This document shows positions 1-12,573 of a DNA stretch of 64,000 bases, in pieces. Position numbers and translations under genes: made by a program. Origin of the DNA: Diadema antillarum (Eukaryota); NCBI RefSeq assembly GCF_040938485.1, contig NW_027271394.1, positions 2,170,001 through 2,234,000 of the forward strand. Direction: 5' to 3'. Position 1 is the first letter of the stretch. Each line of letters opens with the position of its first letter. The notes beneath the pieces are model-generated. The model searched no databases. It was not told the DNA's origin and worked only from the letters and a program-made list of their open reading frames with translations.

Positions 1-209
1 CATCATGGACAAAACTGTATAAATACCTCAATCAGAAAATTTGTTTTTGATGCTTTTATAGATTTAAATGCCGATTTTTCCCTCTTTCTGATTATTCCAC
101 TCTAAATAATCAAGCATAGGCGTGGCCACATTGGACTCAGTGCATAGCATCTAATGTCAGCGTCAGTATTGTTCCCTCTTGCTGATAATTATCGGATTTT
201 TAAGTCATG

Positions 210-850
210 CAATGATTCAATTCAATTCAATTCAATTCAATTCATTTATTTTCATTCTTCTTCTTTTTTCTTTTTCAACAAAAACATAACACAAGATAAA
301 TCAAGTTTTACATCATAAACAAAGAACATTTGTCTTTGCAATTAATAAATGGTATCAATAAACATAGGAGCGCATACTGGCAAAAAAAAATAATACAAAG
401 TCATGCTTCAGTTGAAAAAAAAGGAAGAAAGAATAGAGAGGTCCACTAAAAAGCAAAACTTGTAGATTGTGAACCACTCGTAAAACCTATGAATAACTTA
501 TTTACAAACACTTGTGACGAATATGATATACGACAGGACGGGACAAAATAGAAGAAACACAACATGACACAACTTGCCAGAATAGATGAAAAGTATGGAA
601 GAAAAGAAAGAAAAAAAGAGAGAATGAGAGAATACCTACACGCTGAATAAGGGAAATGGAACAGAGGATGGTAGAGAATGTGCTTCATAGAGTTGGTGCT
701 GCATGCAGCTGAGCAAGGATTATAATGACTACTTCTTTACGTGATAATGAATTCAGTGATTGAATAATTGGTGAGTGGATGATGAACCCTGAGGTTAACA
801 AAAACTATAGCTATTACTATTAAAAACTATAGCTATTATAGCTATTAGTT
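210..850 (-). mobile_element. Probable 5'-truncated LINE 3' end, unit A only
   Basis: The block is absent at the homologous site (~31245). It begins with an (ATTCA)n tract followed by tttatt (AATAAA plus a microsatellite tail on the minus strand). No recognisable ORF; boundaries approximate. Confidence 0.4.
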
Positions 851-1356
851 TAATGGTAAACAATACGTTGTTTTCAAACAACACAATTCAAGTGTGAGTA
901 CATGTCCCCCAATACGGACTTTTATTGAAATACTCCTTTCGTATGAGTTACAGTACTGTTATTCATGTCTCCAATATCGTGGTGCAAAGCAAATGATGCA
1001 AGGAATATTAATGACATAGGTCTGCTAGAAATTGCAATTACACTTCACTACTCGCATTACGAAAAATGTAATTTCAATTTGATAAGCAGCCCAAATCAGG
1101 TGAAATAATCTTATGAGCTTCAACAAATGAAGAATGATCTATGCCATTAATCAATCAGAATTTCTGTGATTTTGTAGTAACCAGAATATCAATATCAATA
1201 CTGTTTTACGATAAGGGAATGATAATTAAAAGAGCAATGTTTTGGATGATAATATATATCAGGTTCGTCATCACGTACAGGAAGATCCAACCTGTGAATC
1301 ACCAACGAAGAAAACAGTACTATCGCTCTCGAAGCAAAAGACTATGTTATACTCAC

Positions 1357-1689
1357 GTTGTCCAGCGCATCTTACGCCCACATCATTGTCGTGCCCACAG
1401 CTGGAGACCCGATATGATGGGTAGCATCCCCATGGCCCTCTGTAGCACTCCAGGAGTGAATTCTTATCCAATGTGGAGCAGTAAATTCCATTGTCTAACC
1501 AAATAGGGCCCGATCCTTGTCCGAAGTGGGCATTGTGATGGACCGAAGCTACCGATGAGTACCCAAGCTGTCGGCACACCGCGTTCCCCTCCTCCGTACC
1601 CCAATACCGGTCACACGCCGTGCCCCAGACCCCGTCACAAAGTATCTCCACTCGGCCTTCATGTTCGCCAGACCCTCCCACAAGTCTCA
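1357..1689 (-). CDS. SRCR domain exon, left gene copy (intact, 333 bp, phase 1-1)
   Basis: VRLVGG..EGRVEI..WGTACD..W...VCRQLG..AHFGQGSGPIWLD..C..LLEC..CGH.NDVGVRC is the canonical SRCR pattern. Acceptor ttgtttAG, donor GTGAGT. Confidence 0.95.
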
Positions 1690-2838
1690 CTAAACAATAA
1701 TGAAAAACATTGGAAAAATGTTTGCAATATTGAAATAGCATGAATGAATGCCAAATCGAAATTTCAGATTCCAATGCAACCGATAGATCCAAATGAAATC
1801 AAATCAAATCGAATAAAATCATTTCCAATCCAATCCAATCCAATCGGATCAAACCAAATCAAACCGAATTGATTAACGCGAGGTATAATGCAGAAATTTC
1901 GCGACTGGGACAGAAAAATATTCAAAGCTGTCCCTCCTGAATTGCACGGTTTGTGAAAACAAACGTTGCTTTGTATTTCTTGTTCAAAATACTATGTACA
2001 AAAAAGTATAATTTGGTATGAAAGCAGAAACTGTATATCTCAAATCTGAATCATTCAAATGGGAAACAGAAAATCGGAAGACATTTGGCTCACATAGCAT
2101 TAATGCAACAAGCAATGTGTTATATCGTTATGATGTAAAGCGTAACTAACAACGAATAACATGCGTTGAAGTGGATGGAATATTAAGAAGATTACCACAA
2201 AAGCGTAACTATTTTCTTAGACATGGTGTAATTATTGCCGATACAGTCAAGTTAAACACATTGCAAAGGGACCAGGATACATTTGCAAGTTCTAAAGCTG
2301 AAACATTCACGGTTAGAAAAGAATCAGTCCTTTAAGGCTAAAGGCGTTATGGGAAGAAAACTTGCCTATAAAATGTAGTCCCATTAAAACTGAACTTCAT
2401 GATTTTTATTCAAAAGCTCTTTGCCTTAACAATAAGTTAAATATCACATGTGTTAGTTTTCAAATATGCTTTCCAAATGGTAATGCTGATGGGGAAAACT
2501 CTGATTTCTATCTTTTTTTTTTTCCAGGCATACTTAAGCTTATTCAATGTGAAATATCAGTTGAACGCAGAATTTTGAGGGTGACTTGCGGTTTCAGAAC
2601 TAACACGAAAAAAATCGTTTGATAGGTTGAATTTACTAAACATTGCTAAAAGTCGGTCACGATTTGTAATCCCTGTTATTTACCTCATGTTATATGTAAC
2701 GTGAATAAGTGGAATTTATATAGACATGCAGATAGAACTTCCGTGGACTGAGAAACACGTACGTACCACCGATTCACCCATTCGTTTGTTTGTTGGTTTG
2801 GTTCTTTGGAATGAATCCACATTTTTCGCTGTACTCAC

Positions 2839-2874
2839 CAGTTCTGCCATCGCACGGCCGTGAGCAGTGACTGC
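2839..2874 (-). CDS. 36-bp linker exon (GSHCSRPCDGRT), left gene copy
   Basis: Acceptor tttccaAG, donor GTGAGT. The two differences from the 34313-34348 copy are both synonymous in the phase-1 frame, which joins in frame to VRLVGG. Confidence 0.8.
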
Positions 2875-5800
2875 CTTGGAAATTGAGCGTATTATAAAAG
2901 TGGTAATGTTAGAGAGTAGGCTGATAAAAGAACACTATCTTCCTTTTGCTACGTGTAGGATACATGGCGTGTATTGTCCTCGATTGACACGCTTTTCACG
3001 ACAGAGTATTATGACTTATTATTAGCTCAACCACGTCGGTATTTCATCTTTTGCCGCTGTATATCACAGAACAGTACTTTTTTATTTTTGTTTTAACAAA
3101 CTGAACGAGGTATAACAGAAGAAAAATTGAGAAACTGCATAATATTACTGAATTATTAACCCTGATGCACTGCATTAGGATTTACCGGAGTAAGAGATGA
3201 AAATTCAGGATATTTCGTCCTTTTTAGCTTCATACAAAGAGTTTTCGTATTAACCACTCATAAAAGGGACGCTTTCACTAAATTCCGTCGAGTTGTTGTA
3301 CTTATTGAACAGCTAACGTCTTCTTTGCTTAACGACACTACCGAAAACACTGCTGATATTCGTGTGTTACTTACGGACAGCATCCGGTAACGTTAGAGCA
3401 TGACGAAAAACTTTCAGCTCTAAAGGGTGATCAAGTCCAGTTTATTGCTTCCAAAAGCTTCCTGTCTTGACTGTCATGATAGTTCTGATTTATTGATATC
3501 ATATTAATTGTGCGATGATGATTGGGAGGTGATTAGGACATAAACAAAAATTCCTTCGTTTCATCCTAATATGTAGATCCTCTAGGTAGACCGTTGTCAG
3601 TGGAAGCTGTTCAGTCCTTTAACTCCCGATGAAACCTTGATCGCATGTCTCGTAAAATCTGAAGATTTGACGGTAATTATCCGTGATATCAAAATTTCAA
3701 ATTGTCAATGGTAGTCCGTGTACTTTTACCGTACTTGTTGAGCACTGTGGAAAGAAATGCATGCTTGCTGTATAAAGGGGAGATTGATTATCTCCTTAAA
3801 CTCGCATGTTCATTTCCGTCGCCTTTCGCACCTTTATAACAAATTATCGAATTATTGCAGAGAAAATTATTTTGAGCGTGTTTGGTATGAAGCATACCAG
3901 TCAGTGGTAATGTCTCTTATTGGATGCATTGAACACTATACGCAGTAACATGCTTCTAAAAGTATGAAGCTCGTGTTCAGAAGAGAAGATTGTAAACGTG
4001 AGTATATTTCGCGTGGGCATAAAACATCTCTTGACTGTACCAGACAAGCGTATTTTGCTAGGAACTAACCAGTGCAATAACGGACACATAGACACCACAT
4101 AAAACGGGAGGAAGAAAAATCAGTCCTTAGTGTAACGGAAATGATGGCATTTTAAGTACCTTGAGGTTTCGATGCAAGGTGACATTATGATTTATGTAGT
4201 GTTGGTTGATGTATAATTTGTTTCACCAATGTTAGTCGACTTTATTTCTGTTTTCAAATTGACATCTTCCTCTCTAGCTGAATCCTCAAAGAGTCCGATG
4301 AGGGAGTGGTAAATTTCTGCCTTCAAACCATTACGGGAGAATGAGGGGTGCTGCTTGGTATTTTCGTAGTTTCTGGTTTAACGATGAAAAGCATTGTTTC
4401 GATATTCACACATTACCATATCAGAGATATCCCTGACCGATTTCATGTGCTTTTCTGACAGGATCGCTCTCTCGAGGCACCGTAAATTCGATTTGAAACA
4501 GTGTAGGGTTATATCTGTGTGAGAGTTCACTTCCGTCGCATAAAATCCTGTATCGTTGACTCTGTGTTTTGATTCGAATGAGGAGCGGATATTCCATAAT
4601 GATGAGTCATCTAATTTGGTTCGGGTATCCCAAATGATGATCATCTGCGGATGGAACTGAGGGAAGAAGTTTTTATATATTGAATGCATTTGGATTGGCT
4701 CCACCTGCAGAAGTATAAAAACGGATTCTCGTGTTTTTTAAGTCCTATGTTTTGCACCCCTTTTACTGTTTTATCCTTGATGTACAGCTCTCTGTACAAG
4801 CAGGATATATAAACTTGTCACTACTTTTAAAGGGCTTAATACAGTCATTTACAATGTATCAAATTGGCATCCTTTGATTGATTTTAAAGCAAGGTTGATT
4901 TTAAATATCCCAGTAATGTATTATGTTCAAACAAAGAATAAACTTGCGTAGATCAAATGACCACAAAGGCCCGTCAATTAACATGATCAATACTAAACTC
5001 TTGGGGAAGTATCCATTTCATTTATTATCATTTGTGATATCATTTATCATTATTTTCAAACACTTCAGGCTTTGATAAACATTTTGTTGCTGTCAGGTGG
5101 TTGTGCTGGCACTCACTATATTCATAAGGTTTACCAGAATAGTCATTACATCACATATGTTTAACTCAGTGAATTTAAAAACCTACATGCCTGTTATTAA
5201 AAAAAAAAAAATGATCTTTTTCTGCTCATGCGTATCGCAAAGTGGCTGATTGTCGTTGCTTTTATTGATATATTACTAGTAATGTTATCTCGGTTTCTAA
5301 GACAAGCCGTGTTTACAGCGTGAGATGTGACTGTGGTCTTTTCGAAGTATATTGAAAATAAGGTGCTGACCAGTTTGGACTATTAATTCTTTGTACTTTC
5401 CATAGTACACTGTACGATTTAGAGGAGGTTAAATTTCTATGTCTCTGAGTTCTTGGTTTAAAGCCCTGTTTTATGAAGAGTTGAAATTAATTTTATAGTT
5501 GATTTCAACTGAAAGTCTATGGCAGCCTGTGTGGTAAGGAAATTTAACATCGATTTTATCTTTTGATAAAACGGGGCCCAAGTCTATTAATTCTTATCTG
5601 TACAAAAGAAAAGTATATTTGTATATTACGTTTGTCTTGAAATTGAATAAATGAATAAATGTCAAATCAAATCAAGTCATTTTTCCAAAATACATATAGA
5701 AAGTCAGCGTAGCACACTCGTTCTCATGAATAAACATGTCGCGACTTCCTTTTTTTTTTAAATCAGTGGCGTAAGAGAATCTTAATTCTGAAACTTTTCA

Positions 5801-6379
5801 TGGCTTCTTGTGTTTGTAAGTGTTTGAGTGTGTATGAGTGGGTGCTTTTGATGTGTAGAGGGGAAATGTATTCTTTATTTTCATCGAAAGTCCTTGACAA
5901 ATTTTGGAGGAACTGCATTGGTAAAAGGCCGCCCGCAATAATCAAAGCTAAACCACAATGAAATTGTCAAATCTGAAAAGACAACGTGAAAATATTGATT
6001 TGACATTATGAGTAGTACATACATTATAGGCAGTGATATGAAATAATAAGAGCGTCGATTTTTAATTTATCTTAATGATTGCAAAATAGACGTATTTTAT
6101 ATAATGCCTTCTCATGTACACATGTATTGTACGTTCAACATCTCACAAATGAACAATTATGTCTTGTTTCAGTTAGATTGAAAGACGTCTCAAAGGGAAT
6201 CCCACTCGCCATTTGACGTCACTTGTTTGAAGGACGGCGCGACATTTTGGGCAAGGTTCCAGGGAGAGGAAGGCGCGAAGACTGGCAGAAAATGATGCCG
6301 AAATCCAACCAGTTTTTCAAAACTATCACGGAGTCGCCAAAATGCTATGGTAAAAGCTATATGAAATTAACATATGCTT

Positions 6380-6627
6380 CTAAAAAGGAACATAAATAAG
6401 CACTTTCAAATATCTAGAATTTATGTCCGAATTTTTTGCAGATTCTCTATATCTGTCCATCAGACTATCCACTGTACTCGTCGTTTGCACGCCGTCGGTA
6501 ATCTGTACGCCATTGAAGTACCAGAACACGCGTTCTGATCCAAACACTTTATCGGCTGTACAGATAGCTGTAACATCCTGGTTTGGTGTCAGAGGGCTTG
6601 GTACTTCAAGAGTCACGCTGGTTCCGC
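6380..6627 (-). other. Partial Ig (C2-like) exon, N-terminal half only, with no good donor; left gene copy
   Basis: Acceptor ctctttAG, then GGTSVTLEVPSPLTPNQDVTAICTADKVFGSERVFWYFNGVQITDG (B-strand Cys plus C-strand WY). It reads through to a stop at 6380 with no second Cys. Confidence 0.7.
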
Positions 6628-7100
6628 CTAAAGAGGGGTAATAACAAAAGAAAGTGAAAGAGAATAATGCGGCTTGATGGACTTACGACAAAAATCACCT
6701 TACTTGAAATTCACTCCACCAGCTTCTTTTTCAGGGACCAGATGTAAGCCTAATTGTCCCGATAGTAAAAAAGAAAGAAAAAAAAACAATAAAAACCCCA
6801 ACAATTTACCACTTTTCAAAATATGGGGCAAGCATTGTCATGTGAAGGATTTCTTTTTGTGTGTGTTTGCCCCTTAGACACAATATCTTTTTTATTGTTT
6901 CCGTCTCTTAAGCGACATACAAACGGACTTTAAAAAGAATAAAGCGAATCCCTGAGAAAATGAATATTTACAAACAAGTACAGCAACTAACTGAATTGGC
7001 AATTAAACTATAAGTCCAAAACTAAGTTTTCTGTGAAATGTATATATATATATTATATATACATATACAAGTTGAATCCTATTTGGTATGCATATCTTAC

Positions 7101-7164
7101 CAATAAAGGGGATGGCGATGGAAAATATTCCAAGTAGAAATAGTCTTCGTCTATCAGCCATCAT
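7101..7164 (-). CDS. Signal-peptide exon (MMADRRRLFLLGIFSIAIPFI-G), left gene copy
   Basis: ATG, basic n-region and hydrophobic core, ending at a phase-1 GTAAGA donor. A polypyrimidine acceptor lies upstream (~7187), and the exon is conserved at 39635-39698. Confidence 0.85.
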
Positions 7165-8528
7165 TCTCAAACGCCGATGAATCCTGCTGATAAAGATAGA
7201 AGGCAGAAAAGGGGAAAATATAAGAATTTAGCAACTCTGGTAACAGCTCGAACGGAAAGATCGAAAATAATCTTCATTGCTATTGCTATTTAAATTGCAT
7301 TTATTGCATTAAAAAAGAATACAGTTTGTTGTATAATGCTTACAAGAAGATGTTACAAATTATGTAGGTAAGCCCCACAGTGTAAAAGACTTCGGAATGG
7401 CTGCAAATTTTCTCTTTCGTGGAATTTTTCAAACTTATCACCGATACATTCCGATACAGAGCGAAAGTTACCCAAGTTTATCTTCAACCTGAAAAATGCC
7501 GAATCGATGGATACAAATTTAATGAGAACAAACAATGTACGCTGCAATGCGGCGTTAAAATGTTGGCAAGCTCGACCGCCTGATGTCCGCTTTCACTGGC
7601 GGTCTTTTATTCTTGCGTCCTTGTAGACCATTCGACCATCGCACACTCTTCCTGCATGAGATTGATCCGCGTTTGCAGTTATTGTTTAGAACTTTACAGT
7701 TCATAACATTTCTCCAACGAATAACATTACACACGAGGTAATCTATTAGATATAAGTATGTGCAATCTGTTATCGTCCTTTTCAGTATGAATGTAGTTGT
7801 TCTGGCTCTCTATGTGAATAATTGTATGTGGAACTACTTTATTTAGTTGCGCCATGACACATTGATAGTGATGTAAATCGGTATTGTAATGAATATCAGT
7901 TTGATATATGAACCCCGTTTCCTGTGTGCTCGTAACAACGACCAGTCTGATGTCAACATGTGTCATCAATACATCCTGGTTTCAAAATTCAACACGACGT
8001 GTATAATTTTTTGTTACACTGTCAACATAATAATAGACGACCATTAGAGATTCAGGTTGTTGAGTTTAGTTTGAGTTGGAGTTTATTTTATTTCACCACG
8101 GGTCATTCGCTGCAGCCAATGGCTGTTCTTCTGTGACTCCGAGTAAAAAACCATACAATTACAAAATACAGCACTTTATACATAGTATAGGAAATGAAAA
8201 GTAAACAAACAAATGAACAAACACACAAAGCAAAACATCCTGATGTGTGGCGTGTAAGTATATTGACGAATGGATACATCTGATGAGAGCTGACCAATTT
8301 TAGACCCTAATTTAGTGTATTCATGTGAAAAAGTCCATAAAGTATCAGTACACCTGACGAAGTACTCTGTGATACTTTGCAACACTGCCTCAAAAAATTT
8401 AGTGGCGAAACACATTATCGACATTATGATCTATTTCTTCCTTATACCTCCAGTCCTTCGTATATTTTGATGGACACATTCACACACACCGCCATAACAT
8501 CAATTTAATCGACTACTGCAGAGTTGTG

Positions 8529-8608
8529 ACCCCTATGGAAACCAGCTCTGCTGATCAGGGTGTTCCACCCCATGAAGAGGAAATAAATTCAGAATAAGAT
8601 AATAATTC
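8529..8608 (+). mobile_element. 80-bp retroposon 3' remnant with 7-bp TSD, unit A only
   Basis: Flanked by agttgtg on both sides, while unit B has a single agttgtg (~41064). AATAAA and an A-rich end are present. Confidence 0.6.
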
Positions 8609-8845
8609 AGTTGTGTCAATTATAAATATATCTTATTTTGTAAAGAAAAACTTAAAATCTGAATATCAACTATATACAAACTTTATATAAAAAAGGACAC
8701 ATTTTCCTGTTTCTTATAAGTTCAATTATATTTCTGTAAGAATGCAAAATATACCGCTTTCACATAAAGTTTAAATTGATAAAGCAATTCCTATCAGCCC
8801 ACCACCGAAATGTCTGAGATGGTTTGCTAATTCTTTTTTTCAATT

Positions 8846-9347
8846 GAGTATCTGAATATAAGAACGACCCAAGTCCATGGAAGACCATTTCGAGTAAAAG
8901 TAAAAAAACTTCATATCTTTTTTATTTGTCCAATAATATTCTATTTAACTGTGATGGGAAGGCAACATTCGATATACAAATTAGAACACATATTATTATG
9001 ACAATCAACATTTACATTAATTGTGGAGAGGCCATTTTTTTGTGATGGACTTGGGTCGTTCTTTGAATCATATGGACTTGGGTCGTTCTTTGAATCATAT
9101 ACATGATATTCTGCTATAGAGATGAGAGAAGGATGAGAGAGGGCGCTATAATATGAATGTAAGAATGACCCAAGTCCTTCATTCTTACATTCATATAAGA
9201 ATTAACTCATTCATTTCTAGCACTTCCGGGGGTATTTGGGATTTATCATTTATACACAAGATGAGTCCATGCATAAGCTGCAATTTCCCATGTCAAACTG
9301 AATTTGGCCAAAAATTGGACTTGGGTCGTTCTTATATTCAGGTCTTC
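8846..9347. mobile_element. Non-autonomous TIR element (Sola-like), unit A only
   Basis: Imperfect TIR ..ctgaatataagaacgacccaagtcca at both ends with an AATT duplication. Internal copies of ggacttgggtcgttctt; empty site at ~41305. The superfamily is inferred from the termini and TSD only. Confidence 0.65.
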
Positions 9348-9599
9348 AATTGGTCATCGGACGTTCATCATTAAATTGTACGTACATCCAAAACAAAATG
9401 GGAAATTTACTTCATTACTATACTGTCTATGATTTTTATCTCATTAGTCTAATTCTTGAGCAAAATGTTTTTATGACTCTGCTAGTACAGATTTTCCCAG
9501 TCAGTTTCATACTTTTGTCACTCATATTCTTATTTCGAGCATTCAATTTCACGCATTCCACCCTCGCAGATAGAACTGAATTAGGAATCAATTTCAAAA

Positions 9600-9680
9600 T
9601 CCGGTCATTTGGATTCACTATCGGAGCATTGAAATTCACCATCGGAGCATTCAAATTCACTATCGGCGCATCAAAATTTA
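9600..9680 (+). repeat. ~21-bp tandem repeat (ggagcattcaaattcactatc), also at ~41560-41630
   Basis: Three to four degenerate units visible in both duplication units. Confidence 0.6.
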
Positions 9681-10597
9681 AGAGAGAAGCACACATTTCA
9701 GCAATGAGCATTCAAATTCATCTCAAGCTGGCGACGGAATCTCGTGGGTCATTCAAATTCGTAAATAAGCAATCAAGTTTCCTAACTGCTTTCAATTTAA
9801 AAGAAGTTCTGAATTTAGTTAGTTTGGGGCCGTGAATGTGTGTCTTTTTCATTTAGCTTAAATACAGACAAGTTAAAATCAAGTATGTGTGCTTTTGGTC
9901 ACATTTTACCATGGTATGACTGAGACTTCTCGATGTTTTGTTTTTGTCTAAGACAGGAACAGCAGCCAGAGTAAAATCAATGAAATAATCAATATATTGT
10001 TTCAAATTGACAAGAAAAATCGTGCAGTTTGCTTAAGTTTTCACCGCTTTGTGGTTGTACATTCATCGCGTCCATATAAAATGAATAAATCAATCGAACT
10101 TCCTCTTTGGATTGGAACACTAAGTCATGATTGGATATCACTTAACACATACAGCCAAAGATTTCCGTAATATCGTAATATCACGCATTGGATTGTTGTT
10201 CTTTCGTATTACCTAACAAAACACAGGAAGCAGTTCTTATTGACTTTGCCAGGAGATGCGTTTGTAAGAGAGTCAACCCGTTTAAATTGTAGACCAGCCG
10301 TGGTTTACTTCCGCATTTGACATAATGCATGCAGTCTGCTCTCTACTGCGCATGACGTTTAGTAGTGAAAAATCTGTCATACTATGTCAGTCATTTATGA
10401 TCAGCAGACAAATTCTTTTCGAGGTAATTGATGGGATATGTTCGTTTCTCCTAACAATGAGGACATTACTCTCTTGAAAATGGGAATGTTATATCTGTCT
10501 CAGTTTTTAGTTTATTTCTAAAGATGCGTAGCATGTGAAGAGGCACACAATAAAAGAAATCGGGAAGGATGGGATGGCAGCCACACACAAGCGCGCG

Positions 10598-10600
10598 CAC

Positions 10601-10654
<54 letters not shown>
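10598..10654 (+). repeat. (CA)n microsatellite
   Basis: Read directly; the homologous site in unit B is an N gap. Confidence 0.95.
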
Positions 10655-10657
<3 letters not shown>

Positions 10658-10826
10658 TCCAACTTCTACAACATAAATTCTACGACGTTAGTTAACGTAT
10701 TTTGATAATCAGGTACCCGGAAAAACACTTCCAGATTTATGGAAGCACCGGCATTCAACCATGGAGGTACGGTTTAACACTCGTGAATTATCATTGCCAC
10801 GTTCTGCCCAATCATACTTAGATTAA

Positions 10827-11220
10827 AGGGATGGAATAGTTTGGTTACGATGGGGCTTCAGGTTTCCAATTTTCTTTGTAAGATAATGAGAAACCTCCTA
10901 ATAAATATTTATCAAAGAGCATGCAATTCTGAGAAGAATCTAATGTTTATTTGAGAAAAAATGGTTTTGAAGTGGCTGAGATATAAAAAAAAAAACAACA
11001 AAAACAAAGAGGACCTAATAAAAGGTAAGTCCCACCACTTTGTTTTACTTTCTTTTTGAATATCTCAAGTCATTTCAAAGCCAATTTTTCTTAAGATAAA
11101 CTTTGAATTCCTCTAAGAATCGTATGTTCTTTAATATTTCATAAGTGGTTTCTAATAATCTCGCAAAAAAGTTAAAATCTGAATCTCCTTTCTTAACCAA
11201 AACTACACTATACCATCCCT
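10827..11220. mobile_element. Kolobok-like MITE (shared; homolog at 42943-43324)
   Basis: ttaa|agggatgg...ccatccct|ttaa, i.e. TIRs with a TTAA TSD. The same family occurs at 24865-25246. Confidence 0.7.
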
Positions 11221-11840
11221 TTAAAGGGAAATACAAAGCATAGTCATAAATATTGTCATAGTGACGAAAGTCCGCAATGTTAACTGCAAATCCACATATT
11301 CATAAACACACACATACACACACTGACACACACACAGCCATTCCATAATATAGGTGTTTATCTAACGCACATCCACAAACAAGTCGTGTATAAAACAGTT
11401 ATGCGAAAGGAAGGGATAAATATAACTTTGAATATTACTCTCTGCTGAGCTACTTCACCATGACGGGGTCACTACTCACAAAAAGTTCGTAAGTTGAATC
11501 TTTTCTCATTTTCATCTCACAGGTTGAACTCTGTGATCGAGAGGGTTTTTTTTTTCTTTTGTTTTCTTGTCTCGTTTTCGTATGGTGTGAAACTGTCACG
11601 CTAAATAAATCATGCTTAAGATCATTTGTAACTCTTTATGAAACAGGTCCCAGATTAAACATTGAAACCATCATGCTACAGTGAATGTACACAGGCTCAA
11701 AACACACACATGTATACCCACACACAAACAAACAAATAAACTCAAAAGCATTACCAGAATTCATTTTAATAATATGTTACTATACTAGCATGGCAAATTC
11801 GTTTTACTTGCTATTGTGACATTCCTTGTGCTAGTTAAAA

Positions 11841-12573
11841 CAATGGACCTACTACACATATGGACCATGAACGGAGGTCTTTCTTTGATCCAATGTTCAC
11901 CACCGCCACCTGATTATGTGCATCTTAATGAGTACATTCAGACGTTTGGACAATGACGATTGTGTAATCGTGCATCATCACTGACAAAACAACCCGGTTT
12001 CCCTCATTTCGGTCCTATTTGGCTGAGGTGCCTTTTCAGACTCAACTGCCTTTGAATAAACACCAATGATGGGGAGCACCGAACCTGAAACAAGGCCAAA
12101 TTTTGCGTCACAAAATTGGTAATTACTGAAGCGGCCACTTGCGGCCATGCCTGTAACATTCCTGAATGGCAAGACAAGCATGTCGTCTACTGTTACTGTC
12201 CATGTTTACTCTAAAACAATGTGCAACAAATGGGGAAAAATAGATTACAAATCACAGTCAATCTGCTCAATTAGTTGCTTTTTCTTGTAAAGTACTTGCA
12301 TTTCGCAAATGAAATTACTTTAGCGATGATTTTGCAATATACACTACAACTGCACATGCATTTTTCTTGATTTAAGAGAGTTATTAGCTCTAGCGCACGT
12401 AGTTTTTAGATTTCACAAAGCGCCGTCTTGTTTTTATCCAGGCTGGCTGTCGGTGGACAACACTGGATCAAAGCAGGAAAGCATGTTCAAAATGTTTTTG
12501 TGACGCTTTTGACAGAAACAGGTGCACGAATTAATTAACGAGCGATGAATGTCCATGTGTAGTAGGTCCATGG
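11841..12573. mobile_element. 733-bp non-autonomous TIR element, unit A only
   Basis: TIRs c(a/c)atggacctactacacat / atgtgtagtaggtccatgg, with taaaa on both flanks. Empty site ctagtaaaaccaag at ~43920. Confidence 0.8.

Noticed and set aside
1186-1286. Hydrophobic minus-strand frame just after the left SRCR exon (possible alternative TM)
   Set aside because: The acceptor is not conserved in unit B, and hydrophobic frames arise easily in AT-rich introns.
4378-4704. 108-aa ORF with an NDTGFY Ig-like motif and an apparent acceptor
   Set aside because: There is a stop in this frame in unit B (GAT ACA TAG), no F-strand Cys, and the phase-1 frames are closed.
9350-9835. 161-aa plus-strand ORF and its 91-aa antisense ORF
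   Set aside because: Produced by the 21-bp tandem repeat and not preserved as an ORF in unit B.
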